A stretch of DNA of 64,000 nucleotides from Amoeboaphelidium protococcarum X5. Taxonomy: Eukaryota > Fungi > Aphelidiomycota. Shown in pieces: positions 1-14,742 of the stretch; the first letter of the stretch is position 1, and the number at the start of each line of letters is the position of its first letter. The notes beneath the pieces were generated by a model. The model saw only the letters and a list, made by a program, of their open reading frames with translations, made no database searches and was not told the origin of the DNA. The translations under genes and the position numbers were made by a program. The stretch is from contig JALDTO010000206.1 in the NCBI GenBank assembly GCA_023515725.1, positions 687,910 through 751,909 on the forward strand. Reading direction: 5' to 3'.

Positions 1-1499
1 CAGTCGCGATGTTGACTATTGGCCTCAGTCTGAAAATTTGTTTGATTAGCTCCTAGCTAATTGCTCTATTCTGCCCTATTCTCAAATCCGAGCCATCTGC
101 TTAATTATTCCATTTAAAGCATTGCTCCATATTTGTAATGTTCTTCACTGTATTATAACAATGCCTTAGTCCTAATACTATGCAAGCTGTTAAACTCGTA
201 AATCTAATCTTGATATCGACTAGCTGCTTAGGGAAAATTGATCATATATTGCGATTATCTGTGCGTTATAAACGATCTGGCTTCACTAAAGAACAATTGA
301 AGTAAAATTTCCGATATTAGAATCAAGATAAGGAGTATATTTACATATCGAGATGATGACATTAAATTTGAGCTGTCGCACTCTGGAAATAGAACTACGC
401 TGGCTTCAGTTTGATTCTCTTCCCGTCTACAATCAAGCGTTAGTTCCTGCGCTAACTTTGGCTATCTAGTAATTGCAGCAGTGAATGGTCTTTTTCCATT
501 TTAGCCAATGTGAAGTGTGCATAGAAAAATAAGTATGGCCGTCAACGTAATAGTTATCTGATGTAACTGGTGTATTATGCTGATGCTGTGAATAAGATTA
601 ATTTATATGAATTGAGTTATTTGTCACTGTAAACGAGAAGAGTGGATTCAATGTGACAGACAAATCTGTATGGAAATGAGTAAATTTTGGTAAATCCCTA
701 CTACTGTATCTAAGCAAAGTCATCCTTCTTTTACTGCCCAGATTATTTGACCCGGACCAGATACGAGGCAGGTACTTAAACGCTCCATCCCTGCTCTTCA
801 CGCTTACATTAGATGAGGTTATCAAAACCAAAAATTAAAAGTGTTCTGCTTTAAGTGCGGTATCAATTAGTTATTCACAATTCCGTATGTCCATACACAA
901 ATGGCGTTTCTGAACGTGGTAATCGTTTAGGAAGTATTATGAGCGCGTTTCACAGCCAGCGGGCTTAAGCTCTCTAGTATGCTGTCGTCACCAAGAATTC
1001 GTACTCGACCAGCTCAGCTTTTAATTCGTTCTTTCACAAATGTCTATCGTCTCTGTTATGTCTCCCTGCGTCATATTATCATTCCGACATCCTAGAAAGA
1101 TGTCGATCGAATGGTCTTGCACTAATAGCACATTGTTCTCCGCGCAGTACTGCATCTGCAGACAAAAGTAAGTTCAATTGATTCAACACAAACTTTATCA
1201 TGCAAATATCGCATTTCATTACGCGATAACCCGTCGTCACGTACCAGAGGAAAAATACTAATTCTGGGCAGGCCCTCACACGTTTGATGACGAGAGCGCT
1301 AGCGCACTCGACAACCATCGTAAGCGAGCCTAAGTTCTAAATGGTAAGAGGTAAGATGGTAGAAACAATTAGCAAAGTAAAATGTACTCAGCCTAAATGT
1401 CCGTTTCATTCATTCATTCATTACTCATCTTTCATTCCATATTATTCTTCAATTCATTATTCAACATTCATCCCAATTGAAGCTCAGGCCAGAGCTTGA

Positions 1500-4418
1500 T
1501 CAAACCATGATGTTCTCATTTTGAATCTCACTGTCATCAGCTCTGCTCTTGAACAGAGGGTTTTCGTGAGAAGAGAACTGAGCAGCATACAATGGGTTCG
1601 TAGCAGCAGATGTGGAATCACCTCCAAAGATGTAGTTGATGTCACGAGCAACTGCACGACCACGACGCAGCATGAACAGACCGAAAGCAGCAGCAGCAGC
1701 AGCTGTTGGAGCCAAGATTCCGATAGTAGCGTTGGAAGAGCTATTATTAGAGGAAGTAGACTGATTGGCACCCTATGGAGCATCAGTAGCAACGACCTTA
1801 ATAACAGCTGGTGTAGCAGGAGCAACTTCAAAGTTCACTGGAGGAGCAACAACATCATCAGAAGAAGGCATAATAAAGACTGGCGCAGCACCTTGTTCAG
1901 ATCCAGACTCACTAATAGGAGGGCTGTTCAGTTTCTCAAACAAGCCAGGGATGATAAAGTCACGAATAACCGCCTGAGTAGGAGATGGAGTTTCTTCCTC
2001 TTCCTCAGTCTCAGATGGGAGCTCTTCTTCAGGCTCTGAAGGAGTTTCAGTTTCCTCAACAATTTCAGTAGTAGATGTAGAAGTCTCTTCCTAAACTTCT
2101 TCAGTGGTGGTTGTAGTTTCCTCAGCAACAGGCTCAGAAGAGGTAGAAGTCTCTTCAACAACCTCGGTACTGGTAGAAGTTTCTTCAGCAACAGGCTCAG
2201 CAGATGTAGAAGTCTCCTCCGCAACCTCAGTGGTAGAAGTGGTTTCTTCAGCAGCAGCAGATGTAGTAGTCTCCTCAGCAACAGACTCAGAAGAGGTAGT
2301 AGTTTCCTCAACAACAGGCTCAGAGGTGGCAATCGCTTCAGACGTGGTAGTAGACTCTTCAACAACCTCGGATGTGGAACTAGTCTCCTCAACTGCCTCA
2401 GTAGTAGTTGTGGTGATGACTTCTTCAATGGTGCTTGATGACGTTGTAGGCTCAATCACGACCTCTGAGGTAGAGGTAGTTGCCTCAACAGAAGACTCGG
2501 TAGTTGACGTCTCAGCAGCAGGAGTAGAGGAGCTAGTTACTTCCTCAGTACTAAACGTGGTAGTCTCAGCAGGAGTAGAGCTTGTCACAGCTTCAGTAGT
2601 AGAGGTAGTACTTTCCGTGGTTGACTCTGAAGTAGACGTAACAGCAGCGCTAGAGGAAGAGGTGGTGGTTGGCTCGACAATTACAACAGAGGAAGTAGAA
2701 GTTTCAACTACAGCAGAGAATGAGCTAGTACTAGTAGGTTCCACAATGGAGGATGACATAATAGAAGTAGTTGTTGGTTCAACAATGATTGAGGTGGTTG
2801 TTGGCTCAACAGTAGCAATAGAGGAGCTAGTGGTTGAGCTAGTGCTAGTGGAGGTGGAAGTTGGAGCGGCAGAGCTTGTGCTAGTAGTAGACGCAGCGGT
2901 GGAGGTGGAGGAGGATGTGATAGGAGCAACGGTGGAGGTAGGACGAGTAGTGGTAGTACTACGAGCAGGTGTGGTAGTGGTGGTAGTAGTTCTACGAGTA
3001 GAAGTAGTAGTCGTGGTAGTAGGAGTGGTAGTGGTAGTAGTAGTGGTGGTGGTAGTGGTGGTGGTAGTTGTAGTAGTCGTGGTAGTTGTAGTAGTAGTAG
3101 TAGTAGTGGTAGTAGTAGTAGTAGTGGTAGGACGAGTAGTGGTGGTAGTACGAGCAGGTGTGGTGGTAGTGGTGGTAGTTTTACGAGTAGTAGTATCAGG
3201 GACGAATACACACTTCTACTAAACATAGCTAGTAGTAGTCACAAACTGCTCAAAGAAGGACTCAATGATCGCAGTGTTCTTTCCGCCAATGAAGGTGTTA
3301 ATGTCAAACACTCTCATAAAGTTACCACTCTTCAGCATACGAGCCTGCAAAGAGTTACCCAGTCCCAAAGCATTCAGAGCAGTCAAAGTCTTCTGGCCAT
3401 CAAAGTTGGCAAAAGTCTGCTAGTTCTAACTCTGATAGTTAGGGTGGCCAAACTGATAAGCAGCAACATTAATGTTATCAGCATTATTCAATTTTTAAGT
3501 CAAGAAGTAATTGCTCGTGGCAGAGGAATAGCCGCTGATAGGGAACACCTGATTAGTATCAGCAATCAATTACTCGGTACCAGCAATCATACTGACCAGA
3601 CTGTTGACGATAACACCATTATCAGACAACATCTTAGCAGTCTCAATGATCTCATTCTCGAAACCATCAGTCAAAGTCAGAGCACTACCAGTGCGGTAAT
3701 AGTTCTGCAGACCAGACAAACTGTAGTAACCTGCCTTGTTCCTTCTATCACCAGGATAGTAATAAATGTAGTCAGTCTTAGCAACAGGACCAAAGCCAGG
3801 TTCAAATTGAGCAAAAATGTCATACAGACTGGTCAGATAGCATTTTTTAGCAGCAACATCGTACATCTGAGTACAGAAAGCATCTTCAACACCCTAATTC
3901 TTCGCGAAGTAAGAGGAAACGGTAGGCAGGTCAGAGTCTTCATCAGTAGCATGCAAAAACACCTTAGTTGCATCAGCACGCCAGTCCAGGATACAGTCAG
4001 CAGCAGACACCTTCTTGTCACAAGCCTTGTTCATGTCTCTACCCTTGTTAGTCAGAGCCATACGCATAGCCTCAAAAGAAGCCTCCTAACCACCAGAAGT
4101 ACAGTCGATAGCCTCCAGATTAGATACCAGTTAACCATGGTTAGAGGTTAAAGGTACGCGAATCTCGGGCTTACCACCAAAAAGGACCAGAGAATACTGA
4201 GCATCAATCTTGCTAGATTGAATCTTGGATGCAAACTTCTTCATACCCTTGATGACACCATCAATCTTCTCACACATGGAGCCGGACGCGTCAATCAGGA
4301 AGAGGAAGTCAGCCTTCTGCACCTGGTTGGTTTAGGTCACAGTTTCATCGGAGCACACGTAGCCGGCACTAATTGTTTGAGCTATTAACAATGCAGCTAA
4401 GCTGGTTAGCAATTTCAT
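1500..4418 (-). CDS. Integrin-beta/Sib-like type I membrane adhesion protein (signal peptide, vWA/MIDAS, Thr/Ser/Glu mucin stalk, TM, NPxY/NPxF tail), 972 aa
   Basis: ORF pieces 4332-4643, 4131-4322, 3570-3866, 2091-2759 and 1500-1715 share one frame and are separated only by TAA/TAG. Signal MKLLTSLAALLIAQTISA; FLIDASGSM (DxSxS); CILDWRADATKVFLHATDE; TM ATIGILAPTAAAAAAFGLFML-RRGR; tail NPLYAAQFSSHENPLF; TGA at 1500-1502. Confidence 0.9.
2090..3200 (-). repeat. Coding low-complexity/tandem repeat forming the mucin-like stalk
   Basis: GTA/GTG triplet run at ~3010-3130 (poly-Thr on minus strand), a duplicated TTTTTPARxTTTxRP unit (~2941 and ~3130), and degenerate EETSTSxEPVA repeats at 2100-2400. 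Confidence 0.85.
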
Positions 4419-5610
4419 CTTATTAACAGTAACGTAGTTTAGATACACAGACAGACGGATGAGGAGTTGATAGTAAAAGAGAAGAGAAGAAGGCAGACTA
4501 GACTTTGGCCCAAGTGGACTATGTTCGATATGCGCGCCACAATTCAGCTGATTGGACACTATACGATGATGCGATTCGCTCGCAATGAATTTCTTACTGG
4601 CAACGGATCCAAAATTATACACAGCGCTGATGATAACAACCAATCAGAATATTCAGCAGAGCTCAGTTTGCTTGTTCTTTCGAAGAATTCATTTTACCGC
4701 CAGCAAATGTGATATTAGATTACGTCTTTATGTATAACAAAAACACGAAATGCACTCTCATTGTTTGAAACACTTTCATTCCGCTAATTTTATTCATACT
4801 TCAGTGTCGAAGAAACTCTCGCAAGAAATCCTGAAACATCAAAACGCGACCGTATTCCTCTGCATCATTAGACAAGTCAAGATATGATGATAAATTCGAT
4901 GAACATTGAGCCTTGCTATTTTAGATACAATCCCAGCTTGGTGGGGGTGTGATATACTATCCATTTGCAATCTACATTTATTAACTAGTGACATCAGATG
5001 CAGGAATATAAATCAGTAAACTTACCATGTGTTTCCGATCAGAGCAGAAGAGGTCTAAATATTTTCGCGCTGAAACGACACGAAAACCGCTACCAAATTC
5101 AAAATAAAGTTACGACTCAAGCAGTATAATAAACCTTACGGCATGAATTATGGCAGACTAAGATCAAACGTGGAATCAATATAAGTTTGTAAATCCACTG
5201 GAAACTCCAACTAGGAGTCCAAATCAAATACCAGGAAATTTCCAATGCTTTCATCTTTTCTGAGCAACACGACGTGGTAGTCCCAAATTACATGGCTCCT
5301 CTGAGCGTGGTGTCTCAAGAGGACTTGTTTTGCATTGTTGGTGATAAATATCACGCTCAATTCATTGATATCCGGAATCATCTAATTCGCCATCATCCAT
5401 ACATTCTCTACATATCGTACATTACATAACACAACTGGAATTCAAAAAATAAAAAGTTTGATAGTATTCGTACCTTCACAATAACACTTGGCGTATTTAA
5501 AGTCGCATTTTTACCATAGGTCCATGATGTCAACGGCAGTTACGAAGAAGAAGAAAAGAGACGTGAGAAAACACGCACTATCGATGTATTTCAAATCTCA
5601 ACATTAAAAC

Positions 5611-7353
5611 TCACTTCCAAATGGAAGGCCACCTAGATTCCTGGGGCTTCTCAGATTTCTTCTCAATCAGCTCTACTTTCAATTCACCATCTTTGACAAT
5701 TAGAGCCACCTTATCGCCATCACCTATCGTTTCATCTTCGTACGCGTTGGCGATGAGACTGATTATAGAGCGTTCGACTTCAAACTTTAGACTTCTGGCA
5801 CCATATCGTTCATCATAAATTCGCTCATTCTAACATATAAAGTCAATTACGGCTTAATCCCAAGTCAAATCTATATTATGGCGCCTTCTAGCCAAGTCTT
5901 GCCATCGGTGCATCTCTTTCATAGTGATTCGACGAATGTGCTCCGGCTTCAGTGGAACATACACCAAAATGTCATTGATTCTACCGATGAACTCATCACG
6001 TCTGAAATGTCGCCTCAAAATAGGATGAAGGATATGATCTTGGAAATTGTCCACCTCTTTCTTGGCCTCTAAATTTCGAGGATCCTCTGATGCCTTGACC
6101 AGAGATGGGGCAAAGTTGGCAATCTCCTTCTAAGCCAAATTAGAAGTCATTATGAATATGGCATTTCTGCAGTCTATAGTCTAGCCTTTGCCATCTGTCA
6201 GTCTTCCTTCATCGAACACTTACAGAAGAATGGTGGTCACATCAGGATGCGCCTTCTCAATCTCATCCAGCAATACCACTACAGGAACATCTCCCTTGCA
6301 CAGTTCAGCCAGCTTAGATGTCAGCTGCCCGCCCTCTTCATAGCCAACATATCCCGGCGGAGATCCAATGAATCTGTGTACAGAATGCTTCTCTTAATAT
6401 TCAGACATATCACATTTGATCATATTAGGAGGGATGCGATTTCCTACGGATGACGCGTCATCAGTTCCGGTATTCTAATTGGTAAAATACCATCCTACGG
6501 CTTTAGCTGTCTGCGTCTTACCAATACCAGAATTACCCAACAGCATGAACACTAGCGGGCGCTCTTCATCATGCCATTTGTTCTCATAACGTCTTATGGC
6601 ATTAGATATGACAGTGATAGCCTAATCCTGACCAATGACTACTTGTTTCAAATACGACTCTATAGGATTTAACTTTCGCCTCTTACGCGCTTCCTACTCT
6701 TATAGTGACTTTGCCTTCGACTCTGCGGCCTGCAATGCCAAGAATACACTTTCTGGTTAACTACTTTCATCATATATATCTAAAGGCTTCAGACCATTGC
6801 TATCAGTAAGAAGAGCATTAGCGCCATTGTCAACTAGCAGCTAAATCAGTTGAGCATCCTCATCCGTCGCTGCTGACAGAGTGAGATAATGGAGTGGAGT
6901 GAAGCCTTTAGTATTCGCATTATGATGTAACAGTGTGGATAGTTCTCTCATTCTATGAACATACGCAGACATTCCATATCTCTTGATATCATAATCATCT
7001 CGACAATTGACGTCAGCACCATTCTGAATAAGCAACTGAATCATCAGATATCGCTACTTATGATCAATGTTTCGCGACATGGCTACCGTATGCAATATGT
7101 TCCATCCATACGTGTGCTTCTCGTTAACATCGCCTCCACTTTCAATGTAACTTTTCAAGGCCTTAAGCTTATCTGAATATCTAGTACCAAACGCGATATT
7201 ATCATCGTGGCTAGCAATTACACCACACAGTTTGTCAACCGCTTTTTATTAGCGGAACCTATCATCACCACGACTATAGCAATTCAAGCGGCTCTATGTA
7301 TACCATTTTGATACCAGCGCGATAGTTAAAGCACTTCCTACGGCTCTGTACAT
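5611..7353 (-). CDS. CLPB: Ankyrin-repeat + single AAA+ disaggregase, Skd3/CLPB ortholog, 580 aa
   Basis: Ankyrins ([19 protein letters not shown]), then [89 protein letters not shown] and [13 protein letters not shown], closely matching human CLPB. Confidence 0.92.
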
Positions 7354-7516
7354 GATGAGTTTCTTTCTGCAGGTAGAATATTGTAATGATTATGGAGCTG
7401 AGAATGAGCGCGCGTTAAAAAGTGCGAGCTTCTTCCTTCACTAAGAGGCATTTGGATTTGGTTAAAGGTCTAAGAATCTCTGATTTAAACTGAAAGAACA
7501 GAACTTAATTGAAATT

Positions 7517-8326
7517 ATGGGAGATAATGTTGAGGCACATGATCCCTCAAATTCCTGGGGAAATGATAAACCACCAGCGAATGATTAGGATGGAATATAA
7601 GCCGTGTGGGACGATGAGTTATAAGGATACGTCAAGCCGGACAAAGATGATAGTAGCTTCCGATACTTATGGGATGCAAGTGTGAGAGCGTGGTTTCCCG
7701 TATTCAATGAAGATCATTAGCAGTAGTAATAGTCTGCTTACACAAGCATTGACCACCTGTAGTCTGATACTAAACGATCACTGAATGAGAAGGAGTTAAA
7801 TGATACTGGATCCGACTATTTTAATGATACAAAGACGCATAGTGTATCAGATAAGTAATAGACTGGTAAGAAGAGGAAATAGAATACAAAAGATAATAAG
7901 CCTAATCAATCCCGTAATAGCTCTGTGTACGTGTCAAAATTACCGCCAGATGTCACCAAAGATGAACTGAAGCTTTTCTTCAACAAGTGTGGTGTAATTA
8001 TGCCAGATCTTAGAAGCAGTGATAAGAATGATGTCAAAATTAAAATCTATCGGCAAGATGCGGATGATAGTAAAGATTGTAAAGGCGACGCGTTAGTGAC
8101 ATATTTTAAACCAGAGAGCGTGGATCTGGCCATCACTATTCTGGATGATACTGAGTTACGACCGGGTGTCACTATTAGTGTACAAAAGGCTGATTTTAGT
8201 CACAAGAAGGCAAAGCAAGATGTTGATATAGGTCAGGAATAAGTATAAGCAGCAGTATCATCATCACTTGATAAGAAGGTGGTGAAGAGTTAAATGAAAC
8301 GAGTAGAGAAGAAACTCGGCTGGTGA
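7517..8326 (+). CDS. HTATSF1: HTATSF1/Cus2-like U2 snRNP-associated RRM protein (only first RRM visible)
   Basis: SVYVSKLPPDVT, KCGVIMPD, KIKIY, KGDALVTYFKPESVDLAITILDD, ISVQKADF; ends KKLGW-TGA. Confidence 0.8.
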
Positions 8327-8646
8327 TGATGATGAATGAGTATGTCACTTTTTTATTTACGCGCATCTTTTGAGTATATTGTATCTTTCAACCATATTAT
8401 ACTCATGTCGTATTACTTTCCAATGGTGCACATTGATCTATCATTACCTTTAGTTTTAGTCATCATTAGTTGGAAATGCGTGTGACCAATCAGATGACTT
8501 GAGCAGATCGCTTTCATTTTCTGTTTCAGCTTTCAAAGTCGCGCCATTGAAGAATCTCTTTCCTCTAACTCTATTGATCACTTGTATTGATTCACCTTCA
8601 TTGTATCTCATAGCTTTCATTGAATATACATATTCATAATATAATT

Positions 8647-10719
8647 ATGGCCAAGAATATTTAAAAATTAGTTGCGCGTGAATATTAACAGATTAACAAC
8701 AACTAATCGTCAGAAGAAGATGATGTTGAAATGTAAAGACTCCGGAATGCTGATGGACAGGAGATGAATTAGCTTGATGATCGGTTATCCCAATTACTTC
8801 GGTATAAGTAATACTTTGGAAGTGATGAATTTTATCATGGAATATACAATTATTACATCAACAATGGGCTGACTGCTTTGATGCTCAAGCGTCTATTAAA
8901 TCTACTCATAGTCGCGTTTGTGGTCTCATTCTCCACCTTCCTCATCAGCTGTATTGATCACTCTGCTATTCCAAAGACGCGTCAGCTAAGTGAAGCTCTT
9001 ATACCTCATTGTCTATCCACCATAAATACATTTTAGACTATATCTCTATTTCTATTCGTGTGCTTTTGGATATATGAAATGATGAAGATGGTGTCTGATT
9101 GGAGTCGATACTAGTTGATTTAATAGTTTTATAGCGATGTAATGCAGATTGATGATAGCCAATTGTCCGACTTGGAGTGGCACGTTGTTGTTGATAAGCT
9201 CGTTGATTTGGTGAATCGTTATCATTAATCTCAAAGTGTAAATACGAAATTTAGTGCTCAAGATTTGACTAATAGGCTCATGAGGCGAGACAATTATCTG
9301 ATCGCTCTTCTGAATTTGGACATACTTGACTTGTAGAGTCCTTGGTCGAGAATGTTTTAGAGTAAAGGCAAAAATATTGGTTAGAATTAGTAACTGAGTA
9401 AAGCTTTGCAAGTGCTTCTCGATTTCTGTGTATTTGATTATCTCTTTGAATCTCAGGATCAGGGCCCTTAGTTTGCCTCGAATTAATCAGGAAATAATCA
9501 CTAGCCTGGATTAAATGCAAAAGTGCTTAAAGATATCCATAGAACTGCTTACATTGCGGGATTGAGAAGACGATTCATTTTGGCTGGTTTGGCTGCTTTT
9601 GTACTTGCACCTTTCGTGTTGGTCTTCCTAATGCTGTATTTTATCTTCAAGTATGGGGAGCAATTTCACAAGAATCCTGTTAAATTGTCGTCACGAAGTT
9701 TTACACCATTAGTCAAGTGGAAGATTCGCGACTTTAACGAATTACCGCATCAGTTTGAGCGCAGATTGAGTTTATGCGCTGATAAGGCGAGTCAATACAT
9801 GAACATGTTCCCTTCTGCTTATGTTGGAGTGTTGGCGAACTTTGTCGCATATATCAGTGGCTCTATCGCGCTGGCATTGACTATCCTGTCATTTGTGGAT
9901 GATGATTTTCTGCTGCATTTCCATATTACACCTGGTAAGAGTGTCTTGTTCTATCTGGGTCTGTTTGGTGTTATATACTCGGCATCTCGTTCACTGGTAC
10001 CTGATGCTTCAAGAGAGATTAAAAAACAATCTGCGGAAGATCTTGTAAAGGAAGTCATTGAACTTGTTCATTATTATCCAAGTCACTGGAAAGTGCACAG
10101 TCTGAACAGTAGGTAATTGTGGCGAGAGTTTAGCTCTATCTATCAGTACAAAGTGGTCATTTTCGCGTAAGAGATTTTGGCTGTTGTCACTGCCCCATTC
10201 CTGCTATGTTTCTCTCTACCATCTTGTGCTGAAGGTATTGTTGATTTCTTTAAAGAAAACACTATCCATGTTGATGGTTTGGGGTATGTCTGCAGCTATT
10301 CCGTGTTTGACTTTAAATCCTTTGACAGTCGGCGAGGTGTGATTAAAAGTTTGGATGCTGATGATGCTGTCAGTGAAGAAATCCGGGAATACTCACCAAA
10401 CAAGATGGAACTATCAGTGATGAACTTTCAGGATAATTATCCAAACTGGGAGCCGGAAGATGATCAGGATAAAGAACACGTCTAAATGCTCCGAAGCATG
10501 AGAAATATTTAGCCTCGAACGCGTAAAAGAATATCGCTTCTATCGCCTAATTAAACTCGTTTATCGCAGTCTGTCGTTGTCAGAAGACCATCTGCCGTGG
10601 TAGAGGACGTAAAAAGCCCACAAGCTGAATCTTCATCTGTGTATAAACCTCCAAAATTGCCTTAAATATTTGCAGAAGACGTGTCTGACATAAGTACTCC
10701 CTCTAAATAACCTCTTTGA
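8647..10719 (+). CDS. ATG9: Autophagy lipid scramblase Atg9, 690 aa
   Basis: NRLMRRDNYLIAL, WKIRDFNELPHQFERRL, HYYPSHW, FFKENTIHVDGLGYVCSYSVFDF, KMELSVMNF..YPNW; continuous with TAR=Gln. Confidence 0.95.
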
Positions 10720-11081
10720 GTTTGTGTGCTTGTATAATAAACATTTGATTGCTTGTCTTGCATATCATCACTTTTGATTTGTAATGTGTTTATCTGCTTC
10801 TTCACTGTGTGTTAAAGAAGATGCGTATTCACTTAGATATGATCAATTTGATTCAAGGTGCCGGCCGACGACATATCTAAACAAACAAAGGGGATATTGT
10901 TTGATCAGTGTCTGTCCCCTACAGCCTTCCTAACAACCAAGTTCAGAATACAACACCCATCCATCTTTTACATCTTTTGAATAACCACTCACATAGTACA
11001 AAAAAGCATTTTTATACTTAAATAATCTGTGGTATTTTAAGTAAAATGTCTCACTATCCAGCTGGTCATTAGTAATAGCCA

Positions 11082-12119
11082 ATGTATGCCCCGGCTCAGA
11101 TGAATACAAGTGAAGGTTCCTCCGTGCCACCTCCTATTCGATCAAGAAACAACTCTAGACAGAATTTGACTGGAAACAATGACAACGACTACATGATTCA
11201 ATCATCGTTTGCGCATGAAGCCAAAGATGGGGATTATCAGCAAGATACTGCTAGTACATGTTATGGTGCAATGATCAGCTCTTTCGGTAGCGTTCTGGGA
11301 GTGTTAGGCTCTATTCCTTGTTGTTTCTGTTTCCCTAATCCGTACAAGTCTATCAATCAGGGAACTGTGGGATTGTTCACTGCATTTGGTCGTTACAGAC
11401 GTACTGTGAATGCTGGCCTGGTCTACTATAATGTTATGACTGAGTCTGTGACTGTGGTTGATGTGAGAATGTAAACCGTGGACATTCCTCATCAGTAGAC
11501 TATTACCAGAGACAATGTGTCCGTCACTGTCGACTCTGTGTTGTTCTACTCCATCTAGAACCCGTACAAGTCTGTGTTTGAGGTTGCCAATGTTCGCACT
11601 GCTTTAATTGAGCGTACTCTGACGACTCTGCGTGCGGTGATTGGATTGCATGATCTGCAGGAGGCAATCACTAACAGAGAGACTGTGGCGCGTGAGATTT
11701 ACAAAAACATTACCGGAATTGCGGCGTAATGGGGTGTCAAGGTGGAAAGTATCCTGATCAAGGATATTGGATTCTCTCAAGAGTTGTAGGACTCTCTGTC
11801 TGCTGCTGCCAAGGCAAAGAGATTGGGTGCCAGTAAGATTGTGCAAGCCGAGGCTGAAGTCCAGGCTGCAATGTTGATGAAGAAGACCGCCATGCTGCTG
11901 TCTAATCCTGCTGCCCAGCAAATCCGTTACTTGGAGACGATGAAGTCTATGGCCGCTGAGAACAACACCAAGATCATCTTCATGCCGCCAAGTTTTGGCA
12001 ATTAGCGCCAGATGACCGAGAAGGAGTTGAAAGATCTGGAGGAGATTGAAGATGAGACGTCCAAGAGTATGGGCAACATGCAAACCGCCGCCTTGAACGA
12101 CGTGATCGCCAAGTTTTGA
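11082..12119 (+). CDS. Stomatin / SPFH (band 7) family protein
   Basis: GSIPCCFCFPNPY, ITRDNVSVTVDSV, WGVKVESILIKDI, AQQIRYLETM. Confidence 0.92.
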
Positions 12120-12424
12120 TGCGATTGATGATGATGATGATACTTGTGCTAAATGTTGAGAGATAAATTTGGGATTGAATAGATAAATGTTCTTTAGTTT
12201 TCCTATCCTGAAAGCGATATTTTATCAAGTTTTGCGCGCCACATCTGTATGATTAATCCAGCAGTATGCATCACATCAGTGTAAAGTGCAAAGATCTTCA
12301 TCGGCTCTTCATCTTCACACAGCGAGCGACGAAAAACTTTTTCGCTGATCTTCCCTTGGATCTAAACCCCCCATTATATCCATCAAATTTAACGTTCAGC
12401 TATTGCTAGTATTAGACTTTACTT

Positions 12425-14464
<2,040 letters not shown>

Positions 14465-14742
14465 AGGCACAGGCTAATTTATTCAATAGAAAGTTACATT
14501 CATATATCGTTTCGCTTTTATCTTATATATTATTTGCCACTCAACTCTATTAAATTGACAGGATAATTTCTCACGGTAATCATCTTTGACAGCAGAGCAT
14601 CTCGGCGCGTGTTAACTTTGTCGATCTTCGAGGATCTCTACTTTTCTCACGAGCGCTGACTGACCTGAACCATTCGAATAATTACTCTCTCTCTCTCTCT
14701 CTGTCTCTCTCCGTAGTTTAGAGAAGGTCATCAATATAAGTA

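Noticed and set aside
1-1480. Short ORFs 598-831 and 1079-1318, and a (CATT)n run near 1407
   Set aside because: No recognisable domain or convincing gene model; the microsatellite is ordinary.
2104-3226. 372-aa Val-rich plus-strand ORF and Leu/Pro-rich minus-strand ORFs (1928-2455, 2708-3226)
   Set aside because: Antisense and alternate-frame shadows of the Thr/Ser/Glu stalk of the 1500-4418 gene.
5611-6660. Bacterial ClpB contamination or Hsp104/Hsp78
   Set aside because: Single AAA domain fused to ankyrins, written in the host code, with CLPB-specific motifs.
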